Positions 11,316-24,718 of a DNA stretch of 64,000 nucleotides are shown piece after piece (position 1 is the stretch's first letter; the number at the start of each line of letters is the position of its first letter). This DNA is from Eledone cirrhosa. Taxonomy: Eukaryota. Both the position numbers and the translations under genes were made by a program. Where the stretch lies: NCBI GenBank assembly GCA_964016885.1, contig OZ024755.1, positions 33,170,001-33,234,000 of the forward strand, read 5' to 3'. Under the pieces are notes generated by a model. The model did no database searches and was not told the DNA's origin. It was given only the letters and a program-made list of their open reading frames with translations.

Positions 11316-11475
11316 CCTCATCAAACAGTTACATAGAATATGGCAGCAAGGCACACTGGTGTTCCATGACCACCCTCTGCAGAGTCCACAACTCAGCTCT
11401 CCGCAGGATTTGCTCATTTCGCACTCGGTCACGCCAGGATACACGAGGGATCATTCGCAGACACTACTGGTGGAA
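11316..11475 (-). pseudogene. Internally deleted duplicate of the RTE fragment at 13858-14240
   Basis: Shares catcaaacagttac and tatggcagca..ccaccctctgcagagtccacaactcagctctccgcagg. Confidence 0.75.
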
Positions 11476-11477
11476 GG

Positions 11478-13857
11478 AGTGATAACATTGATTAAAGGAA
11501 GGAAGGGGTGATTACGTTGACTGAGGAAGAAAGGGGTGATAACGTCGACTGAGGAAGGAAGGGGTGATAACGTCAACTGAGGAAGAAAGGGGTGATAATG
11601 TCGACTGAGGAAGAAAGGGGTGATAACGTCAACTGAGGAAGAAAGGGGTGATAACGTCGACTGAGGAAGGAAGGGGTGATAACGTCGACTGAGGAAGGAA
11701 GGGGTGATAACGTCAACTGAGGAAGAAAGGGGTGATAACGTCGACTGAGGAAGGAAGGGGTGATAACGTCCACTGAGGAAGAAAGGGGTGATAACGTCGA
11801 CTGAGGAAGAAAGGGGTGATAACGTCGACTGAGGAAGAAAGGGGTGATTACGTCGACTGAGGAAGAAAGGGGTGATAACGTCGACTGAGGAAGAAAGGGG
11901 TGATTATGTTGACTGAGGAAGAAAGGGGTGATTATGTTGACTGAGGAAGGAAGGGGTGATAACGTCGACTGAGGAAGAAAGGGGTGATAACGTCGACTGA
12001 GGAAGAAAGGGGTGATAACGTCGACTGAGGAAGAAAGGGGTGATATCGTCGACTGAGGAAGAAAGGGGTGATTATGTTGACTGAGGAAGAAAGGGGTGAT
12101 TATGTTGACTGAGGAAGGAAGGGGTGATAACGTCGACTGAGGAAGAAAGGGGTGATAACGTCGACTGAGGAAGAAAGGGGTGATAACGTCGACTGAGAAA
12201 GAAAGGGGTGATATCGTCGACTGAGGAAGAAAGGGGTGATTATGTTGACTGAGGAAGGAAGGGGTGATAACGTTGACTGAGGAAGGAAGGGGTGATAACG
12301 TCGACTGAGGAAGGAAGGGGTGATAACGTCAACTGAGGAAGAAAGGGGTGATAATGTCGACTGAGGAAGAAAGGGGTGATATCGTCGACTGAGGAAGAAC
12401 GGGGTGATTATGTTGACTGAGGAAGGAAGGGGTGATAACGTCGACTGAGGAAGAAAGGGGTGATAACGTCGTCTGAGGAAGGAAGGGGTGATAACGTCGA
12501 CTGAGGAAGAAAGGGGTGATAACGTCGACTGAGGAAGAAAGGGGTGATAACGTCGACTGAGGAAGAAAGGGGTGATAACGTCGACTGAGGAAGAAAGGGG
12601 TGATAACGTCGACTGAGGAAGAAAGGGGTGATAACGTCGTCTGAGGAAGGAAGGGGTGATAACGTCGACTGAGGAAGAAAGGGGTGATAACGTCGTCTGA
12701 GGAAGAAAGGGGTGATAACGTCGACTGAGGAAGAAAGGGGTGATAACGTCGACTGAGGAAGAAAGGGGTGATAACGTCGACTGAGGAAGAAAGGGGTGAT
12801 AACGTCGTCTGAGGAAGAAAGGGGTGATAACGTCGACTGAGGAAGAACAGGGTGATTACGTCGACTGAGGAAGGAAGGGGTGATAATGTCGACTGAGGAA
12901 GAAAAGGGTGATTACGTCGACTGAGGAAGGAAGGGGTGATAACGTCGACTGAGGAAGGAAGGGGTGATAACGTCGACTGAGGAAGGAAGGGGTGATAACG
13001 TCGACTGAGGAAGAAAGGGGTGATAACGTCGACTGAGGAAGAAAGGGGTGATAACGTCGACTGAGGAAGAAAGGGGTGATAACGTCGACTGAGGAAGGGG
13101 TGATAACGTCGACTGAGGAAGAAAAGGGTGATAACGTCGACTGAGGAAGAAAAGGGTGATAACGTCGACTGAGGAAGGAAGGGGTGATAACGTCGACTGA
13201 GGAAGGAAGGGGTGATAACGTCGACTGAGGAAGGAAGGGGTGATAACGTCGACTGAGGAAGGAAGGGGTGATTACGTCGACTGAGGAAGGAAGGGGTGAT
13301 AACGTCGACTGAGGAAGGAAGGGGTGATAACGTCGACTGAGGAAGGAAGGGGTGATAACGTCGACAGAGGAAGGAAGGGGTGATAACGTCGACTGAGGAA
13401 GGAAGGGGTGATTACGTTGACTGAGGAAGGAAGGGTGATAACGTCGACTGAGGAAGGAAGGGGTGATAACGTCGACTGAGGAAGAAAAGGGTGATTACGT
13501 CGACTGAGGAAGGAAGGGGTGATAACGTCGACTGAGGAAGGAAGGGGTGATTACGTCGACTGAGGAAGGAAGGGGTGATAACGTCGACTGAGGAAGGAAG
13601 GGGTGATAACGTCGACTGAGGAAGGAAGGGGTGATAACGTCGACAGAGGAAGGAAGGGGTGATAACGTCGACTGAGGAAGGAAGGGGTGATAACGTCGAC
13701 TGAGGAAGGAAGGGGTGATAACGTCGACTGAGGAAGAAAGGGATGATAACATCGACTGAGGAAGGAAGGGGTGATAACGTCGACTGAGGAAGGAAGGGGT
13801 GATAACGTCGACTGAGGAAGGAAGGGGTGATAATGTCGACTGAGGAAGAAAGGGGTG
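11478..13857. repeat. 28-bp minisatellite, about 85 copies
   Basis: Unit gactgaggaag(a/g)aaggggtgataacgtc. Confidence 0.97.
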
Positions 13858-14240
13858 TCGGCATCAAACAGTTACTAGTCACCAACGGTCACGATCAGTG
13901 GCGGCTTTTTTGCATCCATGCCAAGTTATGCTGGCTGCCATCAGGTCTTTTTTGGAACATTCATCGCTTCCATTTACCGCCAGGCGGAGTCCAGTTCATC
14001 GCTGTTTTCGAGTGTCGTTCGTCGGCCAGGCATGGAATATGGCAGCAGGGCGGCACTGGTGTTCCATGACCACCCTCTGCAGAGTCCACAACTCAGCTCT
14101 CCGCAGGATTTGCTCATTCCGCACTCAGTCCCGCCAGGATACACGAGGGGTCATTTGCAGGCACTACTGGAGGAGAGTGTTCAGCCCGTTTCTCTATTTT
14201 TGCCGCGCCCTTCCAGGTTTCGCTCACATAAAGCAACATT
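13858..14240 (-). pseudogene. RTE-clade LINE 3' coding fragment
   Basis: MLLYVSETW..RVSWRD*VRNEQILRRAEL..ERHSKTAMNWTPPGGK..ATDRDRW. Confidence 0.8.
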
Positions 14241-14244
14241 AATT

Positions 14245-14968
14245 TGTCGAGGTTAACTTTGCCTTTCATCCTTACGGGGTCGATAAAATAAAGTACCAGT
14301 AATACACGGGTGAATTTGCTGGCCTTGTGCTTAAAGTAGAAACAATTATTATTATAAGGGTGGTGGATTGGTAGTATTGGTAGAGAGTCAATCACCAAGC
14401 TTTGCAGCATAGAGTCACGGCTCTTTACAGTCTGAGTTCAAATCCCGCCGAGGTTAACTTTGCCTTTCATCCTTACGGGGTCGATAAAATAAAGTACCAG
14501 TAATACACTGGGGTAATTGCTGGCCTTGTGCCAAAAAGTAGAAACAATTATTACTATTATTATTACTGCTACTTAGGGCGGTGGATTGGCAGTATCGCTA
14601 GAGAGTCGGACGCCATACTTTGTAGCATAGAGTTACGTCCCTTTATGATCTGAGTTCAAATCCCGCCGAGGTTAACTTTGTCTTTCATCCTAACGGGGGT
14701 TGATAAAATAAAGTACCAGTAATGCACTGGGTAATTGCTGGCCTTGTGCCAAAAGCAGAAACAGTTATTATTATAAGGGCGGCGGATTGGTAGTATCGGT
14801 AGAGAGTCAAACACCAAGCTTTGCAGCATAGAGTCACGGCTCTTTACAGTCTGAGTTCAAATCCCGCCGAGGTTAACTTTGCCTTTCATCCTTACGGCGT
14901 CGATAAAATAAAGTACCAGTAATGCACTGGGTAATTGCTGGCCTTGTGCCAAAAGCAGAAACAGTCAT
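14245..14968 (+). mobile_element. Four head-to-tail SINE B copies
   Basis: Repeated SINE B bodies separated by (att)n tails. Confidence 0.9.
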
Positions 14969-15104
14969 TTTAATGCTGATGAGTGTTATATCTTATATCA
15001 ACGCTGACTCGAAGATATTTATGTTTAGCTAGAAATATATGTTTTCTGTATTTTCTGAATCTCAGTTTTTGCATTGTCACCTGCTCATGTTGATATATGT
15101 ACAT

Positions 15105-15207
15105 TTGTGTATGTATATATGTGTGTGTATATATGTGTGTGTATGTATACATACATGCACACACACATATATTTATATATATATGTACTTACATATATAT
15201 ATGTATT

Positions 15208-15255
<48 letters not shown>

Positions 15256-15286
15256 TATATATATATGTACATATATATGTATTTAC

Positions 15287-15346
<60 letters not shown>

Positions 15347-15481
15347 GTGTATGTGTGTGTATAAGTATACATATATATATATATATGTATATATATGAGT
15401 ATGTGTGTATAAATATACATACATATATATATATATGGACATATATATGTATGTGTGTATATATGTACATATATATGTATT

Positions 15482-15534
<53 letters not shown>

Positions 15535-15567
15535 GTATGTACATATATATATATGTATGTACATACA

Positions 15568-15605
<38 letters not shown>

Positions 15606-15868
15606 CATATATATATGTACATACATATATATATATATATATGTATATATATGTGTATGTCTGTGTATAAGTATACATATATATATATATGTATATATAT
15701 GAGTATGTGTGTGTATAAATATACATACATACATACATATATATAGACATATATATGTATGTGTGTGTGTATATATGTACATACACACATACATACACAC
15801 ATACATACACACATACATACATACATACACATATATATATATATACACATATATATATGTGTGTGTGA
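15105..15868. repeat. Compound (TA)/(TG)/(CA) microsatellite
   Basis: Low-complexity sequence, source of the YIYI ORFs. Confidence 0.95.
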
Positions 15869-15972
15869 ATTTCGAATATCCAATGATATACGATATGTTT
15901 AATAAATAAACATCTGGCTAGCGTCATCTAGTGAGTATATATATATATTATCATGGAAGATGGATGTTAAAC

Positions 15973-16023
<51 letters not shown>

Positions 16024-16149
16024 TTCAGGATGACACAAAAGGATAATGTGGCAAAAAGTTAAAATGTAGAATTTTAAAAACAAAAACAAGAAAACAAAAA
16101 AAATTTTTTTTAAATACATGTGAGGGTCACTGGTTATATTATTAAGAAG

Positions 16150-16585
16150 GTGGGCAGTGGATTGGCATTATTGGTAGAGGGTCGGACGCCATGCTTTGCA
16201 GCATAGAGTTATGGCCCTTTAAGATCCGATTTCAAATCCCGCCAAGGTTAACTTTGCCTTTCATCCTTACGGGGGTCGATAAAATAAAGTACCTGTCACA
16301 CACTGGGGTCGATTTAATTGACTTTTCCCTCCCCCAAAATTGCTGGCCTTCTACCTATATAAGAAACCATTATTAAGAAAATGAGAGAAGGGCAGTGGAT
16401 TGGCAGTGTCGGTAGAGAGTCGGACACCATGCTTTGAAGCATAGAGTTACGTCCCTTTATGATCTGAGTTCAAATCCCGCCGAGGTTAACCTTGCCTTTC
16501 ATCCTTACGTGGTCGATAAAATAAAGTACCAGTAATGCACTGGGTAATTGCTGACCTTGTGCCAAAAAGTAGAAACCATTATTAA
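16150..16585 (+). mobile_element. Two SINE B copies
   Basis: Match the SINE B consensus. Confidence 0.85.
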
Positions 16586-17039
16586 GAAGATGAGTTACTA
16601 GACACACACAACCACCCAAGTCTGAATAAAAAAAGAAGACCATTTAACTAACAGAAACAAATGCAGTCACCTACACGCTACATTCACTAGCAAACAGATG
16701 CACTGTTTCCTCTTTCTGTCAATTCGAAAATACCTAAAACGACATTTGTTCCTTTGAGCTATATTGCTGCCTACTCTATCCAAATATGGCCACTGGGCAT
16801 ACATCTTTCTTCTTCATTTATATTTCTTACACTGTCTTATTTACAAGATCTTTCACTGAATATCCGTCTCACTTCTGCTTCGGGGGTAACAATTCTCTCG
16901 AATTCTAACTCTGTTCAGGTTTTTCCAACACATATTCAAGTTTTACAACAAACATGTTGAACTTACCCACCCACCCATCCATCATCATCCCCATCTTCAT
17001 TATTTAATGTCAAGGAAGGACCGAGACGATGCAAGAGGT

Positions 17040-17360
17040 TATTTTGTTGAAGGAGACAAAGTTTTGTAAGCTTATATAACTAAATAATAACTCCTCTGAA
17101 ATTTTCAACCTGAAATCTAGAAATGACCCCTTTAAGGTAAACGACATTGTTTCTTTCGAAGCTGATCTTCCTAATCTAGTTGCTAACATATCTTTCAGCA
17201 AACACTTCTTTCAAAATAAAGTAAGTAGAGACATAAAAACTCCAGATCCTCTGATAAAACATTCCTCCTATCTGATAAAACAAACAATCTTTATAAACTT
17301 GATCACTCTACCTACAGCCAACTTCTAAACAAGGCCATGCAGTCTAAATATAAAAACAAA
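17040..17360 (+). pseudogene. Penelope-like element RT N-terminal fragment
   Basis: FNLKSRNDPFKVNDIVSFEADLPNLVANISF..FQNKVSRDIK[frameshift]RSSDKTFLLSDKTNNLYKLDHSTYSQLLNKAMQSKYK; DKT variant of the PLE DKG motif. Confidence 0.65.
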
Positions 17361-17722
17361 AAACCTACCCTACTACTTAATCTTTACTCTATATTCTACC
17401 CTGAAACTTTATCGTGACTATCTATAATACACTTATACTTTTCATAAAAGCCTCCTTCTGTAAATTCTTTAACTAAATCTCCCAAATTTAAACCTAAATC
17501 TTACTTTTCTAATTTCATCTTAAATGGCATCTTTTAACTCTAAACATAAATTTAACGTTTCTAGTTGTTATTCGTAATTTCTAACCATACAATATACTGT
17601 GCTGATGCTATATATACAGCTCTGTTAAGGAAATATGTTTTTTGAAAAAATATTTTTCACAGCACTTTCTAGCACTCCTGACCAGCTTGAATGTCACCTG
17701 GTCTCATAGTATAATAAACCTT

Positions 17723-17915
17723 TTAACCCTTTCATGTTAAAACCGGCCAGAATTCTCTACCTTTTTCTGTTGAAACTGGCTGTAACTGGTAACTCAAACT
17801 GATGTTAAGGTATTGTTCTCAAAATAAATACTTTCAAAATCTCATAGATTCGATATTATGTGAGGTAAAGCCTTTATTGTGAAAATACAATAGTATATAT
17901 AGAGTAATGTGAATA
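17723..17915. mobile_element. piggyBac-like MITE copy
   Basis: ttaaccctttc start; homologous body. Confidence 0.75.
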
Positions 17916-17999
17916 GCCTCCTGTTATTTTATAGAGAGAGAGAGAGAGAGAGAGAGAATAAGTAAAAGCGAAGTAGTTTCAGATGTTCAAGTCCTTTAA

Positions 18000-18182
18000 T
18001 AATAATTGTTTCTACATTTGGCACAAGGCCAGCAAATTACCCAGTGCATTACTGGTACTTTATTTTATCGACCCCCGTAAGGATGAAAGGCAAAGTTAAC
18101 CTCGGCAGGATTTGAACTCAGATCGTAAGGGGACGTAACTATGCTGGAAAGTATGTCCGACCCTCTACCGATACTGCCAATT
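18000..18182 (-). mobile_element. SINE B
   Basis: Matches consensus. Confidence 0.85.
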
Positions 18183-18191
18183 CACAATAAT

Positions 18192-18265
18192 GCTGTGATA
18201 TATATTTCAATGATGACACTGGCCACACTGTTTTGTGTGCAAGTGTCGTGACATCATCAGACAGC
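18192..18265 (-). ncRNA. Hammerhead ribozyme with long stem II (F4)
   Basis: gctgt-CTGATGA-[tgtcacgacacttgcacac..gtgtggccagtgtcatcatt]-GAAA-tatata-TC-acagc. Confidence 0.65.
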
Positions 18266-19149
18266 TTGTTACATAATAAGGTTGTTTCCGAGGCAATCCA
18301 AATTGAATCGACAGGGGAACGGATGAAGTTCATGCTTTTGGGTTTTTCACCCGTTATATATCATCATCATCATCATCATCATCATCAACGTTTAACGTCC
18401 GTGTTCCACGCTTGCATGGGTTTGGACGGGGGTAGTCCCACTTGAGGCAAGAGTGATTGTCTTGCTCGCATGGGACTGTCTGGCAGGTTTTCTACAGTTG
18501 GATGCCCTTCCTAACACCAACCACATTTACAGTGTGGGTCTGGGAGGTTTTTACCGTGTTGCCTACACGGCCACATTACAGCGTGGACTGTGTGTTTTTT
18601 TGTCGTGACACCTACACGATCTCATTTGTTTCGGCCTCGATGGCGCGGCACCAACATAACTTTACATAGAACGGGGTGGTGTGGATGGGGTAGGGGTGGT
18701 GGTGGTGGGACGGGGTGTATTTTGTTAGAGATGCCTACTGGCTGGAGTAGGTTTTACTATATATTTAGGTAAGGCGGGTCTTCTCTGTTACTGAGTACCG
18801 CCATATATATATATATTATATATATATATATTATATTATACAAATATAAATTATATTATATATATATATATATATATATGAGTACCGCCATATATATATA
18901 TATATTATATATATATATATTATATTATACAAATATAAATTAGCGAGAATCGTATTTCGGCTTAAGAATTAATGAAAAAACACCTTCCGAGATGTGTGGC
19001 AAGCGCTCAATGATTCAGATGAACCAGAGCTACAACATACGTTAAAGGCCAAACACACAGAGACGATGGTTAAACAATCATCCGCACATCCCCAAAAAAC
19101 GACCAAGTAATTCGGGTCAAACAAATAAAAATATATTATATTATATATG

Positions 19150-19775
19150 CAAAAGTTTTATTTAAAATTGTTGGGTTACAACGAATAAATATTTTATAAC
19201 TGATATAAAGCACTCAACAAGTTTTGGAGTAGATATACGATATTAAATAAAGAAAATTGAAGTATCGCTGTTTTCTCTTTATTTATTTTTATTTCTCTCT
19301 CTCTCCTTAACACTATAACTAAATAAATGAATAAATAAATAATTACAGTACTCCCTCCCTCCTTATTCTCTCAATTTGTATGATGAATTATTATTATTAT
19401 TATTGTTATTCATCTGTTGCCTCAGCTGCCTCTCATTTTTCACCCCCTCACTATTTCTCTCTCCCATATCTCTCTCTATCTCTCTCTGTTTTTCTTTACA
19501 TACATTTATTCCTTCTCTCCGTCTTTCTTTTTTAACTGTGCTTAACACTAAATATTTACAAACATTTCACTACCAAACCAACTTTTTTAAATGGAAGTTG
19601 AACAATATTCATGGTACGTCAAATTTATTTATAAAACTGCTTATATATTGTATTTTGTATGAAGAAGGCATGCCATATTTCTAATATGGTATCCCTGAAA
19701 TATGTATAATGAAATAAATATGGTTTTATAAATATAGTTTCCATTTGTTTAATATCGTATTTTATTATATATATA
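19150..19775. mobile_element. Decayed F3 pLTR pieces in inverted arrangement; hammerhead at 19651-19716 has ATGAAGA
   Basis: 19150-19255 is the reverse complement of 27420-27520; 19600-19770 matches 27285-27435. Confidence 0.65.
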
Positions 19776-21111
19776 TGTTATTTTAATAAATATTTGCTCT
19801 ACGGTTCTTATATATTTGATATATATTTATCCTTATCAAGCCCTCTTTGGATTTTAGTCTTCAAATTTATTATTATTACTATATATATATATATATGTGT
19901 ATATATATATATATATAGAGAGAGAGACTTTAATTTATATATATATGTGTATGTGTGTGTGTATGCGTATGTGATTATGTGTTTCCATATTCACATACAC
20001 ATAGAAAAATATGTGCTCATGTTGTGCACACAGTCTTCAGATTTGCACACATGCACGTTCTCGACCAATTCACATGAATCCACTTCCTTTCCAATCCTTA
20101 ATTTAATGAGCTCTGTCACAATGAAGTGTTCACATGTGAAATGTTAGTGCGCTGTTATTTGTGTGAGATGCCAATGTACTACATTTCCTATGTTCTACCA
20201 AATTATTAATGATTCATACTTCAGGTGGCACTCATATTGCATTACAGCATGTCCCTCTCTCATTTATAGAACTTTAGACCGATATATAAGCATGCTTCAA
20301 ATTGACAAACTCACCACAGATGGTGAGACCGAATGAAGAATGTTCTCGTATGTTATTCAAAAGGATTGAACTTTGATATAATATTAAATTGATGCAGAAA
20401 TTCTCAAGTAGAACAAAATCTTTTTAAAATGTTCAATACATTTAACAATGTTTGCCACATTTTGTTAGAAGCATTTGTTAATGGTGAACCAAAGATTTGA
20501 TAAGTATACTGATATCACAAGAGACCAGAAGTTCTTGAGTCAAGTTTTATGTTAATGAGCTACATCAAATTGAACTAATGATGAAGCTGTATCAAGGGAA
20601 TGTCAAAATGAATTTAAAAAAAAACGAAAATCAATATCCATATCAGTGGAGATATGTTATGAAGCAAGTTTGACAATAAGGGAAAACAGATCAAGGAACA
20701 TATAATGCAAATACTTGAAGAAACTGTAGAATCTTAGCAACAGAACAATTGTTGAATAACGAAACATTTATATCAATATTTCCATTTCTGTGGGGTTTTT
20801 TAAATTATAAAATTGATATATCTAGAACATAATTTCATTTTTTTCTTTTTATTTCAAAAATAATATTTTTTTTTTATTAAACTTAAATTTGAAATTTGCA
20901 CCAATTAAAAGAAAGACATTTTCTCGTCGTTTCCTTATTATTTAATCACAGAATGATAATTATTTCTATCAATGCACTTGAGATGCAAATATCTTCTGAT
21001 TCTATTTCTTTTTTAATATTTCATATCAAGCAATTAATCAATAAATCTCTTATTAAACTAAGATTGGCCAAGAATGAAATATGTATGTATGTATTCATAT
21101 ATATATATATA

Positions 21112-21496
21112 ATCATCATCATCATCATCATTTTACGTCCACTTTTCCCTGCTTGCAAGGGTGGGACGAGAACTGATTCAGGCTTGATTTCTACAGCTGT
21201 ATGCCCTTCCTAACACCAACCTCATTTACAGTGAGTGCTGGGTGCTTTTTCCGTGGCGCCTACACGTCAACTTTTCAGTGTGGGCTGGGTGCTTTTTTGC
21301 CGTGGCACCTCCACGACAACTTTGCAGTTGAATGATAGGGACCCCAGGCCTATCATCTCATTTCTACAGCTGAGTAAACTGGAGCAATGTGAAATAAGTG
21401 TCTTGCTCAAGGAAACAACACATCACCCGGTCTGAGAATTGAACTCGCAACCTTTCGATTGCAAGGCCAATGCTCTAACCACTAAGCCATGTGCCT

Positions 21497-21498
<2 letters not shown>
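21112..21498 (-). mobile_element. SINE family A with two 48-bp internal units
   Basis: Matches 8780-9099. Confidence 0.9.
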
Positions 21499-21559
<61 letters not shown>

Positions 21560-22804
21560 TATGTATATAAAGTGGCAACTTGGTAGAGTTGTCAAGATGG
21601 CAGATAGAATATTTTACGGTATTCGTCCCACCTCATTGCAAACTCTGAGTTCAAATCCCGTCAGGATCAACTTTGCTTTTCATCCTTTCGAGGTCAATAA
21701 CAAAAGTACCAGTCCAGTACTGGAATCGATTCTTCCTCTATAGAAAAAATTGGCTGTGTTCAGACCTGGAGAGGGTTGGGCTCCACCAGGTTTAAAAATG
21801 TCCTAGACATGCCGTATGACAGAGACCTCTGGCATTACACAGTAATACAGAAGACCCGACTTCCCACGGGTACAAGCTGAAGCTGAGCATATGGAAAGTA
21901 TGCTGCCACCCACTCCTACTGAAAAGTAGTCATGTAGGTGTCAAGACAAAAAAGCACCCAGCCCACACTGTAAAGTGTTCATGTAGGTGTCACAACAAAA
22001 AGCACCCAGTCCACACTGTAAAGTGTTCATGTAGGTGTCACAACAAAAAGCACCCTGCCCACACTGTAAAGTGTTCATGTAGGTGTCACAACAAAAAGCA
22101 CCCAGCCCACACTGTAAAGTGGTCATGTAGGTGTCAAGACAAAAAAGCACTCAGCCCACACTGTGAAGTGGTCATGTAGGTGTCACGACAAAAAGCACCC
22201 AGCCCACACTGTAAAGTGGTCATGTGGGTGTCACAACAAAAAGCACCCATCCCACACTGTAAAGTGGTCATGTAGGAGTCACAACAAAAAGCACCCATCC
22301 CACACTGTAAAGTGGTCATGTAGGTGTCACAACAAAAAGCACCCAGCCCACACTGTAAAGTGGTCATGTAGGTGTCACAACAAAAAGCACCCAGCCCACA
22401 CTGTAAAGTGATTATGTAGGTGTCACGACAAAAAGCACCCAGCCCACACTGTAAAGTGGTCATGTGGGAGTCACAACAAAAAGCACCCAGCCCACACTGT
22501 AAAGTGGTCATGTAGGAGTCACAACAAAAAGCACCCATCCCACACTGTAAAGTGGTCATGTAGGTGTCACAACAAAAAGCACCCAGCCCACACTGTAAAG
22601 TGGTCATGTAGGTGTCACAATAAAAAGCACCCAATCCACACTGTAAAGTGGTCATGTAGGTGTCACAACAAAAAGCACCCAGCCCACACTGTAAAGTGGT
22701 CATGTGGGTGTCACAACAAAAAGCACCCATCCCACACTGTAAAGTGGTCATGTAGGAGTCACAACAAAAAGCACCCAGCCCACACTGTAAAGTGGTCATG
22801 TAGG

Positions 22805-23110
22805 TCATCATCATCATCATCATCATCATCATTTTACGTCCGCTTTTCCCTGCTTGCAAGGGTGGGACGGGTCTTATTCAGCACAGCATCTCTCCACTCG
22901 TCACGGTCCCTCGTCATCTCCACCGTGAGCTTCAATGATCTGAGGTCTGTTCTCACCACCTCCGCCCATGTTTTTCGTGGTCTACCTCTACCACGTCTTC
23001 CTTCAACTGGCATTTCCTGGCACTTCTTCACCCATCGGTCATCCTCCATGCGCATCACATGTCCATACCACCTCAGTCTCCTCTCCCGTACACTATATTC
23101 TATCCCTCTC
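22805..23110 (-). pseudogene. 5'-truncated RTE LINE 3' end with (ATG)n tail
   Basis: RMEDDRWVKKCQEMPVEGRRGRGRPRKTWAEVVRTDL..RDRDEWR. Confidence 0.9.
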
Positions 23111-23538
23111 AGACACAGTAGGTGTCACATTCTATCCCTTTCAGACACAGTAGGTGTCACAACAAAAAGCACCCAGCCCACACTGTAAAGTGGTCATGTG
23201 GGTGTCACAACAAAAAGCACCCAGCCCACACTGTAAAGTGGTCATGTCAGTGTCATGATAAAAAGCACCCAGCCCACACTGTAAAGTGGTCGTGTCAGTG
23301 TCATGATAAAAAGCACCCAGCCCACACTGTAAAGTGGTCGTGTAGGTGTCACAACAAAAAGCACCCAATCCACACTGTAAAGTGGTCATGTAGGTGTCAC
23401 AACAAAAAGCACCCAGCCCACACTGTAAAGTGGTCATGTGGGTGTCACAACAAAAAGCACCCATCCCACACTGTAAAGTGGTCATGTAGGAGTCACAACA
23501 AAAAGCACCCAGCCCACACTGTAAAGTGGTCATGTAGG

Positions 23539-23844
23539 TCATCATCATCATCATCATCATCATCATTTTACGTCCGCTTTTCCCTGCTTGCAAGGGTGGG
23601 ACGGGTCTTATTCAGCACAGCATCTCTCCACTCGTCACGGTCCCTCGTCATCTCCACCGTGAGCTTCAATGATCTGAGGTCTGTTCTCACCACCTCCGCC
23701 CATGTTTTTCGTGGTCTACCTCTACCACGTCTTCCTTCAACTGGCATTTCCTGGCACTTCTTCACCCATCGGTCATCCTCCATGCGCATCACATGTCCAT
23801 ACCACCTCAGTCTCCTCTCCCGTACACTATATTCTATCTCTCTC
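23539..23844 (-). pseudogene. Duplicate of the RTE 3' end, offset 734 bp
   Basis: Identical 74-aa ORF at 23568-23792. Confidence 0.9.
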
Positions 23845-24718
23845 AGACACAGTAGGTGTCACATTCTATCCCTTTCAGACACAGTAGGTGTCACAACAAA
23901 AAGCACCCAGCCCACACTGTAAAGTGGTCATGTGGGTGTCACAACAAAAAGCACCCAGCCCACACTGTAAAGTGGTCGTGTCAGTGTCATGATAAAAAGC
24001 ACCCAGCCCACACTGTAAAGTGGTCGTGTCAGTGTCATGATAAAAAGCACCCAGCCCACACTGTAAAGTGGTCGTGTCAGTGTCATGATAAAAAGCACCC
24101 AGCCCACACAGTAAAGTACTGTAAACACTGAAGTAACTTCAAAGAAGGATCTATACTCAGACTTTCTGTTAAGCACAGAAACTAACAACGTCCTTTTGTT
24201 TCGGCCTAAGGTTCAAAAAGTCTTGTGGTGGTGGTGTTGGTGGTGATGTTAGTGGTGGTGATGGTGATGTTAGTGGTGGTGATGGTGGTGAGTTGGTAGT
24301 GGTGATGATGTTGGTGGTGGTGGAGGTAATTGTGGTGATGTTGACAGTGGAGATGATGTTGGCAGTGGTGGTGATGTTGGTTGGAACAATGGCGGTGTTG
24401 GCAGTCATTGTCATGATGATGATTATGATAATGGTATGTAGTTGAAGAGGACAAAAAGATATTCTCTTTAAAAATGGAAATTCTTAGAAGATTGTTATCT
24501 GATATTTTGTTTCTATAAACATTTTAGACTTGTTGAATCAGCTTAAAAACATAGTCCTCAATTTTCCTGAATCAGTTTAACCCTTTAGCATTTACATTAC
24601 TCTATATATACTATTGCATATACTATTGCATATACTATTGCATTTACACAGTAAATTATCTCACATAATATCGAACCTATGAGATTTTGGTATTTATTTT
24701 GAGAACAATACTTTAACA

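Larger units (their letters stand above)
21920..24115. repeat. 48-bp tandem array interrupted by two RTE 3' ends
   Basis: Unit cacactgtaaagtggtcatgtaggtgtcacaacaaaaagcacccagcc. Confidence 0.95.

Noticed and set aside
11478-13857. The 28-bp unit contains CTGAGGA, GAAA and GTC, like a hammerhead satellite
   Set aside because: Only 1 nt separates the core halves, and no stem I, II or III pairing can be built even across units
14972-15025. CTGATGA..GAAG possible hammerhead
   Set aside because: GAAA is absent and stems I and III are unsupported
15039-15927. YIYI/CVCV ORFs here and at 29154-29794, 31690-32144, 35542-36020, 37256-37696
   Set aside because: Microsatellite translation
20223-20750. 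Possible decayed transposase or exon
   Set aside because: Stops in the frames read and no convincing motif
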